A DNA stretch of 64,000 nucleotides from the human T2T-CHM13v2.0 reference genome, Homo sapiens. Shown here piece after piece: positions 12,701 through 26,040 of the stretch. The stretch lies in assembly GCF_009914755.1 (NCBI RefSeq), contig NC_060928.1. The stretch is one strand, 5' to 3'. Below the pieces are notes generated by a model, which saw only the letters and a list, made by a program, of their open reading frames with translations, did not search any database and had not been told where the DNA came from. The translations under genes and the position numbers were made by a program. Every line of letters starts with the position of its first letter. The first letter of the stretch is position 1.

Positions 12701-15700
12701 ACTACCTGGAAGAGGACATTTCGAGCGCTTTGAGTCCTATGGTGAAAAAGGAAATATCTTCTCATAAAAACCAGAAAGAAGCATTCTCAGAAACTTCTTT
12801 GTGTTGTGTGTACTCATGTAACAGTGTTGAACCATCCTTTTGACAGAGCAGTTTTGAAACACTCTTTTTGTAGAATCTGCAAGTGGATATTTGGATAGCT
12901 TTGAGGATTTCGTTGGAAACGGGATGACATATAATATCTAGAGAGAAGCATTCTCAGGAACTTCTTTGTGATGTTTGCATTCAAGTCACAGAATTGAACA
13001 TTCCCTTTCATAGAGCAGGTTTGAAACACTCTTTCTCTAGTATCTGGAAGTGGGCATTTCAAGCGCTTTCAGGCCTATGGAGAGAAAGGAAATACCTTCA
13101 AATAAAAACTAGACAGAAGCATTCTCAGAAACTTATTTGTGATGTGTGTCCTCAACTAACAGAGTTGAACCTTTGTTTTGATACAGCATTTTGGAAACAC
13201 TCCTTTTGTAGAATCTGCAGGTGGATATTTGGATAACTTTGAAGATTTCGTTGGAAACCGGAATATCTTCATATAAAATCAAGACAGAAGCATTCTCGGA
13301 AACATCTCTGTGATGTTTGCATTCAACTCAGTAGAGTTGAACACTTCCTTTCATAGAGCCGGTTTGAAACACTCTTTCTGCACTACCTGGAAGCGGACAT
13401 TTCGAGCGCTTTGAGGCCTATGGTGAAAAAGGAAATATCTTCTCATAAAAACCAGAAAGAAGCATTCTCAGAAACTTCTTTGTGTTGTGTGTACTCAAGT
13501 AACAGTGTTGAACCTTCCTTTTGACACGGCAGTTTTGAAACACTCTTTTGGTAGAATCTGCAAGTGCATATTTGGATAGCTTTGAGGATTTCGTTGGAAA
13601 CGGGTTATCTTCATATAAAATCCAGACAGGAGCATTCTCAGAAACTTCTTTGTGCTGCATGTCCTCAATTCACAGAGCTGAACCTTTGTTTGGATACAGC
13701 ATTTTGGAAACATTCCTTTAGTAGAATCTGCAAGTTGATATTTAGATAGCTTTGAAGATTTCGTTGGAAACGGGAATACCTTCATAGAAAATCTAGACGG
13801 AAGCATTCTCAGAAACTGCTTTGTGATGTTTGCATTCAAGTCACAGAGTTGAATATTCCCTTTTATAGAGTAGGTTTGAAACACTCTTTCGGCACTACCT
13901 GGAAGTGGATATTTCGAGCTCTTTGAGGCCTATGGTTAAAAGGAAATATCTTCCCATAAAAACTAGACAGAAGCCGTCTCAGAAACTTGTTTGTGATGTG
14001 TGTATTCAACTAACAGAGTTGAACATTTCTGTTACAGAGCAATTTTAAAACACTCTTTTTGTGGAATCTGAAAGTGGATAATTGGATAGCTTTGTGGATT
14101 TCGTTGGAAACCGGATGACATATAAAATCTAGAGAGAAGCATTCTCAGGAACTTCTTTCTGATGTTTGCATTCAAGTCACCGAATTGAACATTCCTTTTC
14201 ATAGTGCAGGTTTGAAACACTCTTTCTGTAGTATCTGGAAGTGGACATTTCAAGCGCTTTCAGGCCTACGGGGAGAAAGGAAATATCTTCAAATAAAAAC
14301 TAGACAGAAGGATTCTCAGAAACTTATTTGTGATGTGTGTCCTAAACGAACACAGTTGAACCTTTGTTTTGATACAGCATTTTGGAAACACTCCTTTTGT
14401 AGGATCTGCAGGTGGATATTTGGATAGATTTTAAGATTTCGTTGGAAACGGGAGTTTCTTCATAGAAACTCAAGACAGATGCATTCTCAGAAACATCTCT
14501 GTGATGTTTGCATTCCACTCATAGAGTTGAAAACTTCCTTTCATAGAGCAGGTTTGAAACACTCTTTTTGTAATATTTGGAAGTGGACATTTGCAGCACT
14601 TTGAGGCCTATGGTGAAAAAGGAAATATCTTCTCATAAAAACCAGAAACAAGCATTCTCAGAAACTTCTTTTTGATGTGTGTACTCAAGTAACAGAGTTG
14701 AACCTTCCTTTTGACACAGCAGTTTTGAAACAATCTTTTTGTAGAATCTGCAAGTGGATATTTGGATAGCTTTGAGGATTTCGTTGGAAACGGGATATCT
14801 TCATATAAAATCTAGACAGAAGCATTCTCAGAAACTTCTTTGTGCTGTATGCCCTCAATTAACAGAGTTGAACCATTGGATACAGCATTTTGGAAACATT
14901 CCTTGAGTAGAATCTGCAAGTGGATATTTAGATAGATTTGAAGATTTCGTTGGAAAAGGGAATATCTCCATATAAAATCTAGAGGGAAGCATTCTCAGAA
15001 ACTGCTTTGTGATGTTTCCATTCAAGTCACAGAGTTGAATATTCCCTTTTATAGAGCACGTTTGAAACACTCTTTCTGCACTATCTGGAAGTGGACATTT
15101 CGAGCGCTTTGAGGCCTATGGTGAAAAAGGAAATATCTTCCCATAAAAACTAGACAGAAGCATTCTCAGAAACTTGTTTGTGATGTGTGTATTCAACTAA
15201 CAGAGTTGAACTTTTGTTTTTACAGAGCCGTTTTAAAACACTCTTTTTGTGGAATCAGAAAGTGGATATTCGGATGGCTCTGAGGATTTCGTTGGAAGCG
15301 GGATTACATATAAAATCTAGAGAGAAGCATTCTCAGGAACTTCTTTGTGATGTTTGCATTGAAGTCACAGAATTGAACATTCACTTTGATAGAGCAGGTT
15401 TGAAACACTCATTCTGTAGTATCTGGAAGTGGACATTTCAAGCGCTTTCAGGCCTATGGTGAGAAAGGAAATATCTTCGAATAAAAACTAGACAGAAGCA
15501 TCCTCAGAAACTTATTTGTGATGTGTGTCCTCAACTAACAGAGTTGAAACTTTGTTTTGATACAGCATTTTGGAAACACTCTTTTTGTAGAATCTGCAGG
15601 TGGATATTTGGATAGCTTAGAGGGATTCGTTGGAAAGGGGATATCTTCATATAAAATCTAGACAGAAGCATTCTCAGAAACTTATTTGTGATGTGTGTCC

Positions 15701-17539
15701 TCAACTAACAGAGTGGAACCTTGGTTTTGATACAGCATTTTGGAAACACTCCTTTTGTAGAATCTGCAGGTGGATATGTGGATAGCTCTGAAGATTTCGT
15801 TGGAAACGGGAATTTCTTCATATAAAATCAAACAGAAGCATTCTCAGAAACTTCTCAGTGATGTTTGCATTCAGCTCATGGAGTTGAACACTTCCTTTCA
15901 TAGAACCGGTTTGAAACACTCTTTCTGCACTACCTGGAAGAGGACATTTCGAGCGCTTTGAGTCCTATGGTGAAAAAGGAAATATCTTCTCATAAAAACC
16001 AGAAAGAAGCATTCTCAGAAACTTCTTTGTGTTGTGTGTACTCATGTAACAGTGTTGAACCATCCTTTTGACAGAGCAGTTTTGAAACACTCTTTTTGTA
16101 GAATCTGCAAGTGGATATTTGGATAGCTTTGAGGATTTCGTTGGAAACGGGATGACATATAATATCTAGAGAGAAGCATTCTCAGGAACTTCTTTGTGAT
16201 GTTTGCATTCAAGTCACAGAATTGAACATTCCCTTTCATAGAGCAGGTTTGAAACACTCTTTCTCTAGTATCTGGAAGTGGGCATTTCAAGCGCTTTCAG
16301 GCCTATGGAGAGAAAGGAAATACCTTCAAATAAAAACTAGACAGAAGCATTCTCAGAAACTTATTTGTGATGTGTGTCCTCAACTAACAGAGTTGAACCT
16401 TGGTTTTGATACAGCATTTTGGAAACGCTCCTTTTGTAGAATCTGCAGGTGGATATGTGGATAGCTCTGAAGATTTCGTTGGAAACGGGAATTTCTTCAT
16501 ATAAAATCAAACAGAAGCATTCTCAGAAACTTCTCAGTGATGTTTGCATTCAGCTCATGGAGTTGAACACTTCCTTTCATAGAACCGGTTTGAAACACTC
16601 TTTCTGCACTACCTGGAAGAGGACATTTCGAGCGCTTTGAGTCCTATGGTGAAAAAGGAAATATCTTCTCATAAAAACCAGAAAGAAGCATTCTCAGAAA
16701 CTTCTTTGTGTTGTGTGTACTCATGTAACAGTGTTGAACCATCCTTTTGACAGAGCAGTTTTGAAACACTCTTTTTGTAGAATCTGCAAGTGGATATTTG
16801 GATAGCTTTGAGGATTTCGTTGGAAACGGGATGACATATAATATCTAGAGAGAAGCATTCTCAGGAACTTCTTTGTGATGTTTGCATTCAAGTCACAGAA
16901 TTGAACATTCCCTTTCATAGAGCAGGTTTGAAACACTCTTTCTCTAGTATCTGGAAGTGGGCATTTCAAGCGCTTTCAGGCCTATGGAGAGAAAGGAAAT
17001 ACCTTCAAATAAAAACTAGACAGAAGCATTCTCAGAAACTTATTTGTGATGTGTGTCCTCAACTAACAGAGTTGAACCTTTGTTTTGATACAGCATTTTG
17101 GAAACACTCCTTTTGTAGAATCTGCAGGTGGATATTTGGATAACTTTGAAGATTTCGTTGGAAACCGGAATATCTTCATATAAAATCAAGACAGAAGCAT
17201 TCTCGGAAACATCTCTGTGATGTTTGCATTCAACTCAGTAGAGTTGAACACTTCCTTTCATAGAGCCGGTTTGAAACACTCTTTCTGCACTACCTGGAAG
17301 CGGACATTTCGAGCGCTTTGAGGCCTATGGTGAAAAAGGAAATATCTTCTCATAAAAACCAGAAAGAAGCATTCTCAGAAACTTCTTTGTGTTGTGTGTA
17401 CTCAAGTAACAGTGTTGAACCTTCCTTTTGACACGGCAGTTTTGAAACACTCTTTTGGTAGAATCTGCAAGTGGATATTTGGATAGCTTTGAGGATTTCG
17501 TTGGAAACGGGTTATCTTCATATAAAATCCAGACAGGAG
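9726..17539 (+). repeat. Two 23-mer variant HORs (3,907 bp each: m13-m16 duplicated, +679 bp, and a 4-bp deletion in m8)
   Basis: m1 starts at 9726, 13633, 17540. m13-type monomers occur at 11762 and 12441, and at 15669 and 16348. ORF pairs 11863/12542 and 15770/16449 differ by 679. Confidence 0.95.
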
Positions 17540-20500
17540 CATTCTCAGAAACTTCTTTGTGCTGCATGTCCTCAATTCACAGAGCTGAACCTTTGTTTGG
17601 ATACAGCATTTTGGAAACATTCCTTTAGTAGAATCTGCAAGTTGATATTTAGATAGCTTTGAAGATTTCGTTGGAAACGGGAATACCTTCATAGAAAATC
17701 TAGACGGAAGCATTCTCAGAAACTGCTTTGTGATGTTTGCATTCAAGTCACAGAGTTGAATATTCCCTTTTATAGAGTAGGTTTGAAACACTCTTTTGGC
17801 ACTACCTGGAAGTGGATATTTCGAGCTCTTTGAGGCCTATGGTTAAAAGGAAATATCTTCCCATAAAAACTAGACAGAAGCCGTCTCAGAAACTTGTTTG
17901 TGATGTGTGTATTCAACTAACAGAGTTGAACATTTCTGTTACAGAGCAATTTTAAAACACTCTTTTTGTGGAATCTGAAAGTGGATAATTGGATAGCTTT
18001 GTGGATTTCGTTGGAAACGGGATGACGTATAAAATCTAGAGAGAAGCATTCTCAGGAACTTCTTTGTGATGTTTGCATTCAAGTCACAGAATTGAACATT
18101 CCCTTTCATAGAGCAGGTTTGAAACACTCTTTCTCTAGTATCTGGAAGTGGGCATTTCAAGCGCTTTCAGGCCTATGGAGAGAAAGGAAATACCTTCAAA
18201 TAAAAACTAGACAGAAGCATTCTCAGAAACTTATTTGTGATGTGTGTCCTCAACTAACAGAGTTGAACCTTTGTTTTGATACAGCATTTTGGAAACACTC
18301 CTTTTGTAGGATCTGCAGGTGGATATTTGGATAGATTTTAAGATTTCGTTGGAAACGGGAGTTTCTTCATAGAAACTCAAGACAGATGCATTCTCAGAAA
18401 CATCTCTGTGATGTTTGCATTCCACTCATAGATTTGAAAACTTCCTTTCATAGAGCAGGTTTGAAACACTCTTTTTGTAATATTTGGAAGTGGACATTTG
18501 CAGCGCTTTGAGGCCTATGGTGAAAAAGGAAATATCTTCTCATAAAAACCAGAAACAAGCATTCTCAGAAACTTCTTTTTGATGTGTGTACTCAAGTAAC
18601 AGAGTTGAACCTTCCTTTTGACACAGCAGTTTTGAAACAATCTTTTTGTAGAATCTGCAAGTGGATATTTGGATAGCTTTGAGGATTTCGTTGGAAACGG
18701 GATATCTTCATATAAAATCTAGACAGAAGCATTCTCAGAAACTTCTTTGTGCTGTATGTCCTCAATTAACAGAGTTGAACCATTGCTTGGATACAGCATT
18801 TTGGAAACATTCCTTGAGTAGAATCTGCAAGTTGATATTTAGATAGATTTGAAGATTTCGTTGGAAAAGGGAATATCTCCATATAAAATCTAGAGGGAAG
18901 CATTCTCAGAAACTGCTTTGTGATGTTTCCATTCAAGTCACAGAGTTGAATATTCCCTTTTATAGAGCACGTTTGAAACACTCTTTCTGCACTATCTGGA
19001 AGTGGACATTTCGAGCGCTTTGAGGCCTATGGTGAAAAAGGAAATATCTTCCCATAAAAACTAGACAGAAGCATTCTCAGAAACTTGTTTGTGATGTGTG
19101 TATTCAACTAACAGAGTTGAACTTTTGTTTTTACAGAGCCGTTTTAAAACACTCTTTTTGTGGAATCAGAAAGTGGATATTCGGATGGCTCTGAGGATTT
19201 CGTTGGAAGCGGGATTACATATAAAATCTAGAGAGAAGCATTCTCAGGAACTTCTTTGTGATGTTTGCATTGAAGTCACAGAATTGAACATTCACTTTGA
19301 TAGAGCAGGTTTGAAACACTCATTCTGTAGTATCTGGAAGTGGACATTTCAAGCGCTTTCAGGCCTATGGTGAGAAAGGAAATATCTTCGAATAAAAACT
19401 AGACAGAAGCATCCTCAGAAACTTATTTGTGATGTGTGTCCTCAACTAACAGAGTTGAAACTTTGTTTTGATACAGCATTTTGGAAACACTCTTTTTGTA
19501 GAATCTGCAGGTGGATATTTGGATAGCTTAGAGGGATTCGTTGGAAAGGGGATATCTTCATATAAAATCTAGACAGAAGCATTCTCAGAAACTTATTTGT
19601 GATGTGTGTCCTCAACTAACAGAGTTGAACCTTGGTTTTGATACAGCATTTTGGAAACACTCCTTTTGTAGAATCTGCAGGTGGATATGTGGATAGCTCT
19701 GAAGATTTCGTTGGAAACGGGAATTTCTTCATATAAAATCAAACAGAAGCATTCTCAGAAACTTCTCAGTGATGTTTGCATTCAGCTCATGGAGTTGAAC
19801 ACTTCCTTTCATAGAGCCGGTTTGAAACACTCTTTCTGCACTACCTGGAAGAGGACATTTCGAGCGCTTTGAGTCCTATGGTGAAAAAGGAAATATCTTC
19901 TCATAAAAACCAGAAAGAAGCATTCTCAGAAACTACTTTGTGTTGTGTGTACTCATGTAACAGTGTTGAACCATCCTTTTGACAGAGCAGTTTTGAAACA
20001 CTCTTTTTGTAGAATCTGCAAGTGGATATTTGGATAGCTTTGAGGATTTCGTTGGAAACGGGATGACATATAATCTCTAGAGAGAAGCATACTCAGGAAC
20101 TTCTTTGTGATGTTTGCATTCAAGTCACAGAATTGAACATTCCCTTTCATAGAGCAGGTTTGAAACACTCTTTCTCTAGTATCTGGAAGTGGGCATTTCA
20201 AGCGCTTTCAGGCCTATGGAGAGAAAGGAAATACCTTCAAATAAAAACTAGACAGAAGCATTCTCAGAAACTTATTTGTGATGTGTGTCCTCAACTAACA
20301 GAGTTGAACCTTTGTTTTGATACAGCATTTTGGAAACACTCCTTTTGTAGAATCTGCAGGTGGATATTTGGACAACTTTGAAGATTTCGTTGGAAACCGG
20401 AATATCTTCATATAAAATCAAGACAGAAGCATTCTCGGAAACATCTCTGTGATGTTTGCATTCAACTCAGTAGAGTTGAACACTTCCTTTCATAGAGCAG

Positions 20501-20771
20501 GTTTGAAACACTCTTTCTGCACTACCTGGAAGCGGACATTTCGAGCGCTTTGAGGCCTATGGTGAAAAAGGAAATATCTTCTCATAAAAACCAGAAAGAA
20601 GCATTCTCAGAAACTTCTTTGTGTTGTGTGTACTCAAGTAACAGTGTTGAACCTTCCTTTTGACACAGCAGTTTTGAAACACTCTTTTGGTAGAATCTGC
20701 AAGTGGATATTTGGATAGCTTTGAGGATTTCGTTGGAAACGGGTTATCTTCATATAAAATCCAGACAGGAG
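17540..20771 (+). repeat. 19-mer HOR with mosaic m16/m17-type sequence replacing m4 and the 5' part of m5
   Basis: Length 3,232. After m3 the sequence carries m16 markers (ttctctagt, gtgggcatt, tatggagaga, aatacctt), then an m17 start that switches to m5 markers (gtaggatct, gatagattttaag) by 18310. Confidence 0.9.
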
Positions 20772-23700
20772 CATTCTCAGAAACTTCTTTGTGCTGCATG
20801 TCCTCAATTCACAGAGCTGAACCTTTGTTTGGATACAGCATTTTGGAAACATTCCTTTAGTAGAATCTGCAAGTTGATATTTAGATAGCTTTGAAGATTT
20901 CGTTGGAAACGGGAATATCTTCATAGAAAATCTAGACGGAAGCATTCTCAGAAACTGCTTTGTGATGTTTGCATTCAAGTCACAGAGTTGAATATTCCCT
21001 TTTATAGAGTAGGTTTGAAACACTCTTTCGGCACTACCTGGAAGTGGATATTTCGAGCTCTTTGAGGCCTATGGTTAAAAGGAAATATCTTCCCATAAAA
21101 ACTAGACAGAAGCCGTCTCAGAAACTTGTTTGTGATGTGTGTATTCAACTAACAGAGTTGAACATTTCTGTTACAGAGCAATTTTAAAACACTCTTTTTG
21201 TGGAATCTGAAAGTGGATAATTGGATAGCTTTGTGGATTTCGTTGGAAACGGGATGACATATAAAATCTAGAGAGAAGCATTCTCAGGAACTTCTTTCTG
21301 ATGTTTGCATTCAAGTCACAGAATTGAACATTCCTTTTCATAGTGCAGGTTTGAAACACTCTTTCTGTAGTATCTGGAAGTGGACATTTCAAGCGCTTTC
21401 AGGCCTACGGGGAGAAAGGAAATATCTTCAAATAAAAACTAGACAGAAGGATTCTCAGAAACTTATTTGTGATGTGTGTCCTAAACGAACACAGTTGAAC
21501 CTTTGTTTTGATACAGCATTTTGGAAACACTCCTTTTGTAGGATCTGCAGGTGGATATTTGGATAGATTTTAAGATTTCGTTGGAAACGGGAGTTTCTTC
21601 ATAGAAACTCAAGACAGATGCATTCTCAGAAACATCTCTGTGATGTTTGCATTCCACTCATAGAGTTGAAAACTTCCTTTCATAGAGCAGGTTTGAAACA
21701 CTCTTTTTGTAATATTTGGAAGTGGACATTTGCAGCACTTTGAGGCCTATGGTGAAAAAGGAAATATCTTCTCATAAAAACCAGAAACAAGCATTCTCAG
21801 AAACTTCTTTTTGATGTGTGTACTCAAGTAACAGAGTTGAACCTTCCTTTTGACACAGCAGTTTTGAAACAATCTTTTTGTAGAATCTGCAAGTGGATAT
21901 TTGGATAGCTTTGAGGATTTCGTTGGAAACGGGATATCTTCATATAAAATCTAGACAGAAGCATTCTCAGAAACTTCTTTGTGCTGTATGCCCTCAATTA
22001 ACAGAGTTGAACCATTGGATACAGCATTTTGGAAACATTCCTTGAGTAGAATCTGCAAGTTGATATTTAGATAGATTTGAAGATTTCATTGGAAAAGGGA
22101 ATATCTCCATATAAAATCTAGAGGGAAGCATTCTCAGAAACTGCTTTGTGATGTTTCCATTCAAGTCACAGAGTTGAATATTCCCTTTTATAGAGCACGT
22201 TTGAAACACTCTTTCTGCACTATCTGGAAGTGGACATTTCGAGCGCTTTGAGGCCTATGGTGAAAAAGGAAATATCTTCCCATAAAAACTAGACAGAAGC
22301 ATTCTCAGAAACTTGTTTGTGATGTGTGTATTCAACTAACAGAGTTGAACTTTTGTTTTTACAGAGCCGTTTTAAAACACTCTTTTTGTGGAATCAGAAA
22401 GTGGATATTCGGATGGCTCTGAGGATTTCGTTGGAATCGGGATTACATATAAAATCTAGAGAGAAGCATTCTCAGGAACTTCTTTGTGATGTTTGCATTG
22501 AAGTCACAGAATTGAACATTCACTTTGATAGAGCAGGTTTGAAACACTCATTCTGTAGTATCTGGAAGTGGACATTTCAAGCGCTTTCAGGCCTATGGTG
22601 AGAAAGGAAATATCTTCGAATAAAAACTAGACAGAAGCATCCTCAGAAACTTATTTGTGATGTGTGTCCTCAACTAACAGAGTTGAAACTTTGTTTTGAT
22701 ACAGCATTTTGGAAACACTCTTTTTGTAGAATCTGCAGGTGGATATTTGGATAGCTTAGAGGGATTCGTTGGAAAGGGGATATCTTCATATAAAATCTAG
22801 ACAGAAGCATTCTCAGAAACTTATTTGTGATGTGTGTCCTCAACTAACAGAGTTGAACCTTGGTTTTGATACAGCATTTTGGAAACACTCCTTTTGTAGA
22901 ATCTGCAGGTGGATATGTGGATAGCTCTGAAGATTTCGTTGGAAACGGGAATTTCTTCATATAAAATCAAACAGAAGCATTCTCAGAAACTTCTCAGTGA
23001 TGTTTGCATTCAGCTCATGGAGTTGAACACTTCCTTTCATAGAACCGGTTTGAAACACTCTTTCTGCACTACCTGGAAGAGGACATTTCGAGCGCTTTGA
23101 GTCCTATGGTGAAAAAGGAAATATCTTCTCATAAAAACCAGAAAGAAGCATTCTCAGAAACTTCTTTGTGTTGTGTGTACTCATGTAACAGTGTTGAACC
23201 ATCCTTTTGACAGAGCAGTTTTGAAACACTCTTTTTGTAGAATCTGCAACTGGATATTTGGATAGCTTTGAGGATTTCGTTGGAAACGGGATGACATATA
23301 ATATCTAGAGAGAAGCATTCTCAGGAACTTCTTTGTGATGTTTGCATTCAAGTCACAGAATTGAACATTCCCTTTCATAGAGCAGGTTTGAAACACTCTT
23401 TCTCTAGTATCTGGAAGTGGGCATTTCAAGCGCTTTCAGGCCTATGGAGAGAAAGGAAATACCTTCAAATAAAAACTAGACAGAAGCATTCTCAGAAACT
23501 TATTTGTGATGTGTGTCCTCAACTAACAGAGTTGAACTTTTGTTTTGATACAGCATTTTGGAAACACTCCTTTTGTAGGATCTGCAGGTGGATATTTGGA
23601 TAGATTTTAAGATTTCGTTGGAAACGGGAGTTTCTTCATAGAAACTCAAGACAGATGCATTCTCAGAAACATCTCTGTGATGTTTGCATTCCACTCATAG

Positions 23701-26040
23701 ATTTGAAAACTTCCTTTCATAGAGCAGGTTTGAAACACTCTTTTTGTAATATTTGGAAGTGGACATTTGCAGCGCTTTGAGGCCTATGGTGAAAAAGGAA
23801 ATATCTTCTCATAAAAACCAGAAACAAGCATTCTCAGAAACTTCTTTTTGATGTGTGTACTCAAGTAACAGAGTTGAACCTTCCTTTTGACACAGCAGTT
23901 TTGAAACAATCTTTTTGTAGAATCTGCAAGTGGATATTTGGATAGCTTTGAGGATTTCGTTGGAAACGGGATATCTTCATATAAAATCTAGACAGAAGCA
24001 TTCTCAGAAACTTCTTTGTGCTGTATGTCCTCAATTAACAGAGTTGAACCATTGCTTGGATACAGCATTTTGGAAACATTCCTTGAGTAGAATCTGCAAG
24101 TTGATATTTAGATAGATTTGAAGATTTCGTTGGAAAAGTGAATATCTCCATATAAAATCTAGAGGGAAGCATTCTCAGAAACTGCTTTGTGATGTTTCCA
24201 TTCAAGTCACAGAGTTTAATATTCCCTTTTATAGAGCACGTTTGAAACACTCTTTCTGCACTATCTGGAAGTGGACATTTCGAGCGCTTTGAGGCCTATG
24301 GTGAAAAAGGAAATATCTTCCCATAAAAACTAGACAGAAGCATTCTCAGAAACTTGTTTGTGATGTGTGTATTCAACTAACAGAGTTGAACTTTTGTTTT
24401 TACAGAGCCGTTTTAAAACACTCTTTTTGTGGAATCAGAAAGTGGATATTCGGATGGCTCTGAGGATTTCGTTGGAAGCGGGATTACATATAAAATCTAG
24501 AGAGAAGCATTCTCAGGAACTTCTTTGTGATGTTTGCATTGAAGTCACAGAATTGAACATTCACTTTGATAGAGCAGGTTTGAAACACTCATTCTGTAGT
24601 ATCTGGAACTGGACATTTCAAGCGCTTTCAGGCCTATGGTGAGAAAGGAAATATCTTCGAATAAAAACTAGACAGAAGCATCCTCAGAAACTTATTTGTG
24701 ATGTGTGTCCTCAACTAACAGAGTTGAAACTTTGTTTTGATACAGCATTTTGGAAACACTCTTTTTGTAGAATCTGCAGGTGGATATTTGGATAGCTTAG
24801 AGGGATTCGTTGGAAAGGGGATATCTTCATATAAAATCTAGACAGAAGCATTCTCAGAAACTTATTTGTGATGTGTGTCCTCAACTAACAGAGTTGAACC
24901 TTGGTTTTGATACAGCATTTTGGAAACACTCCTTTTGTAGAATCTGCAGGTGGATATGTGGATAGCTCTGAAGATTTCGTTGGAAACGGGAATTTCTTCA
25001 TATAAAATCAAACAGAAGCATTCTCAGAAACTTCTCAGTGATGTTTGCATTCAGCTCATGGAGTTGAACACTTCCTTTCATAGAGCCGGTTTGAAACACT
25101 CTTTCTGCACTACCTGGAAGAGGACATTTCGAGCGCTTTGAGTCCTATGGTGAAAAAGGAAATATCTTCTCATAAAAACCAGAAAGAAGCATTCTCAGAA
25201 ACTACTTTGTGTTGTGTGTACTCATGTAACAGTGTTGAACCATCCTTTTGACAGAGCAGTTTTGAAACACTCTTTTTGTAGAATCTGCAAGTGGATATTT
25301 GGATAGCTTTGAGGATTTCGTTGGAAACGGGATGACATATAATATCTAGAGAGAAGCATACTCAGGAACTTCTTTGTGATGTTTGCATTCAAGTCACAGA
25401 ATTGAACATTCCCTTTCATAGAGCAGGTTTGAAACACTCTTTCTCTAGTATCTGGAAGTGGGCATTTCAAGCGCTTTCAGGCCTATGGAGAGAAAGGAAA
25501 TACCTTCAAATAAAAACTAGACAGAAGCATTCTCAGAAACTTATTTGTGATGTGTGTCCTCAACTAACAGAGTTGAACCTTTGTTTTGATACAGCATTTT
25601 GGAAACACTCCTTTTGTAGAATCTGCAGGTGGATATTTGGATAACTTTGAAGATTTCGTTGGAAACCGGAATATCTTCATATAAAATCAAGACAGAAGCA
25701 TTCTCGGAAACATCTCTGTGATGTTTGCATTCAACTCAGTAGAGTTGAACACTTCCTTTCATAGAGCCGGTTTGAAACACTCTTTCTGCACTACCTGGAA
25801 GCGGACATTTCGAGCGCTTTGAGGCCTATGGTGAAAAAGGAAATATCTTCTCATAAAAACCAGAAAGAAGCATTCTCAGAAACTTCTTTGTGTTGTGTGT
25901 ACTCAAGTAACAGTGTTGAACCTTCCTTTTGACACAGCAGTTTTGAAACACTCTTTTGGTAGAATCTGCAAGTGGATATTTGGATAGCTTTGAGGATTTC
26001 GTTGGAAACGGGTTATCTTCATATAAAATCCAGACAGGAG
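20772..26040 (+). repeat. 31-mer variant HOR (5,269 bp: m1-m16, m17/m5 hybrid, m6-m19; contains a 12-monomer, 2,041-bp internal repeat)
   Basis: m1 at 20772 and 26041. The m10-anchored ORF occurs at 22326 and 24367 (+2041). The hybrid monomer starts at 23487. Confidence 0.93.
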
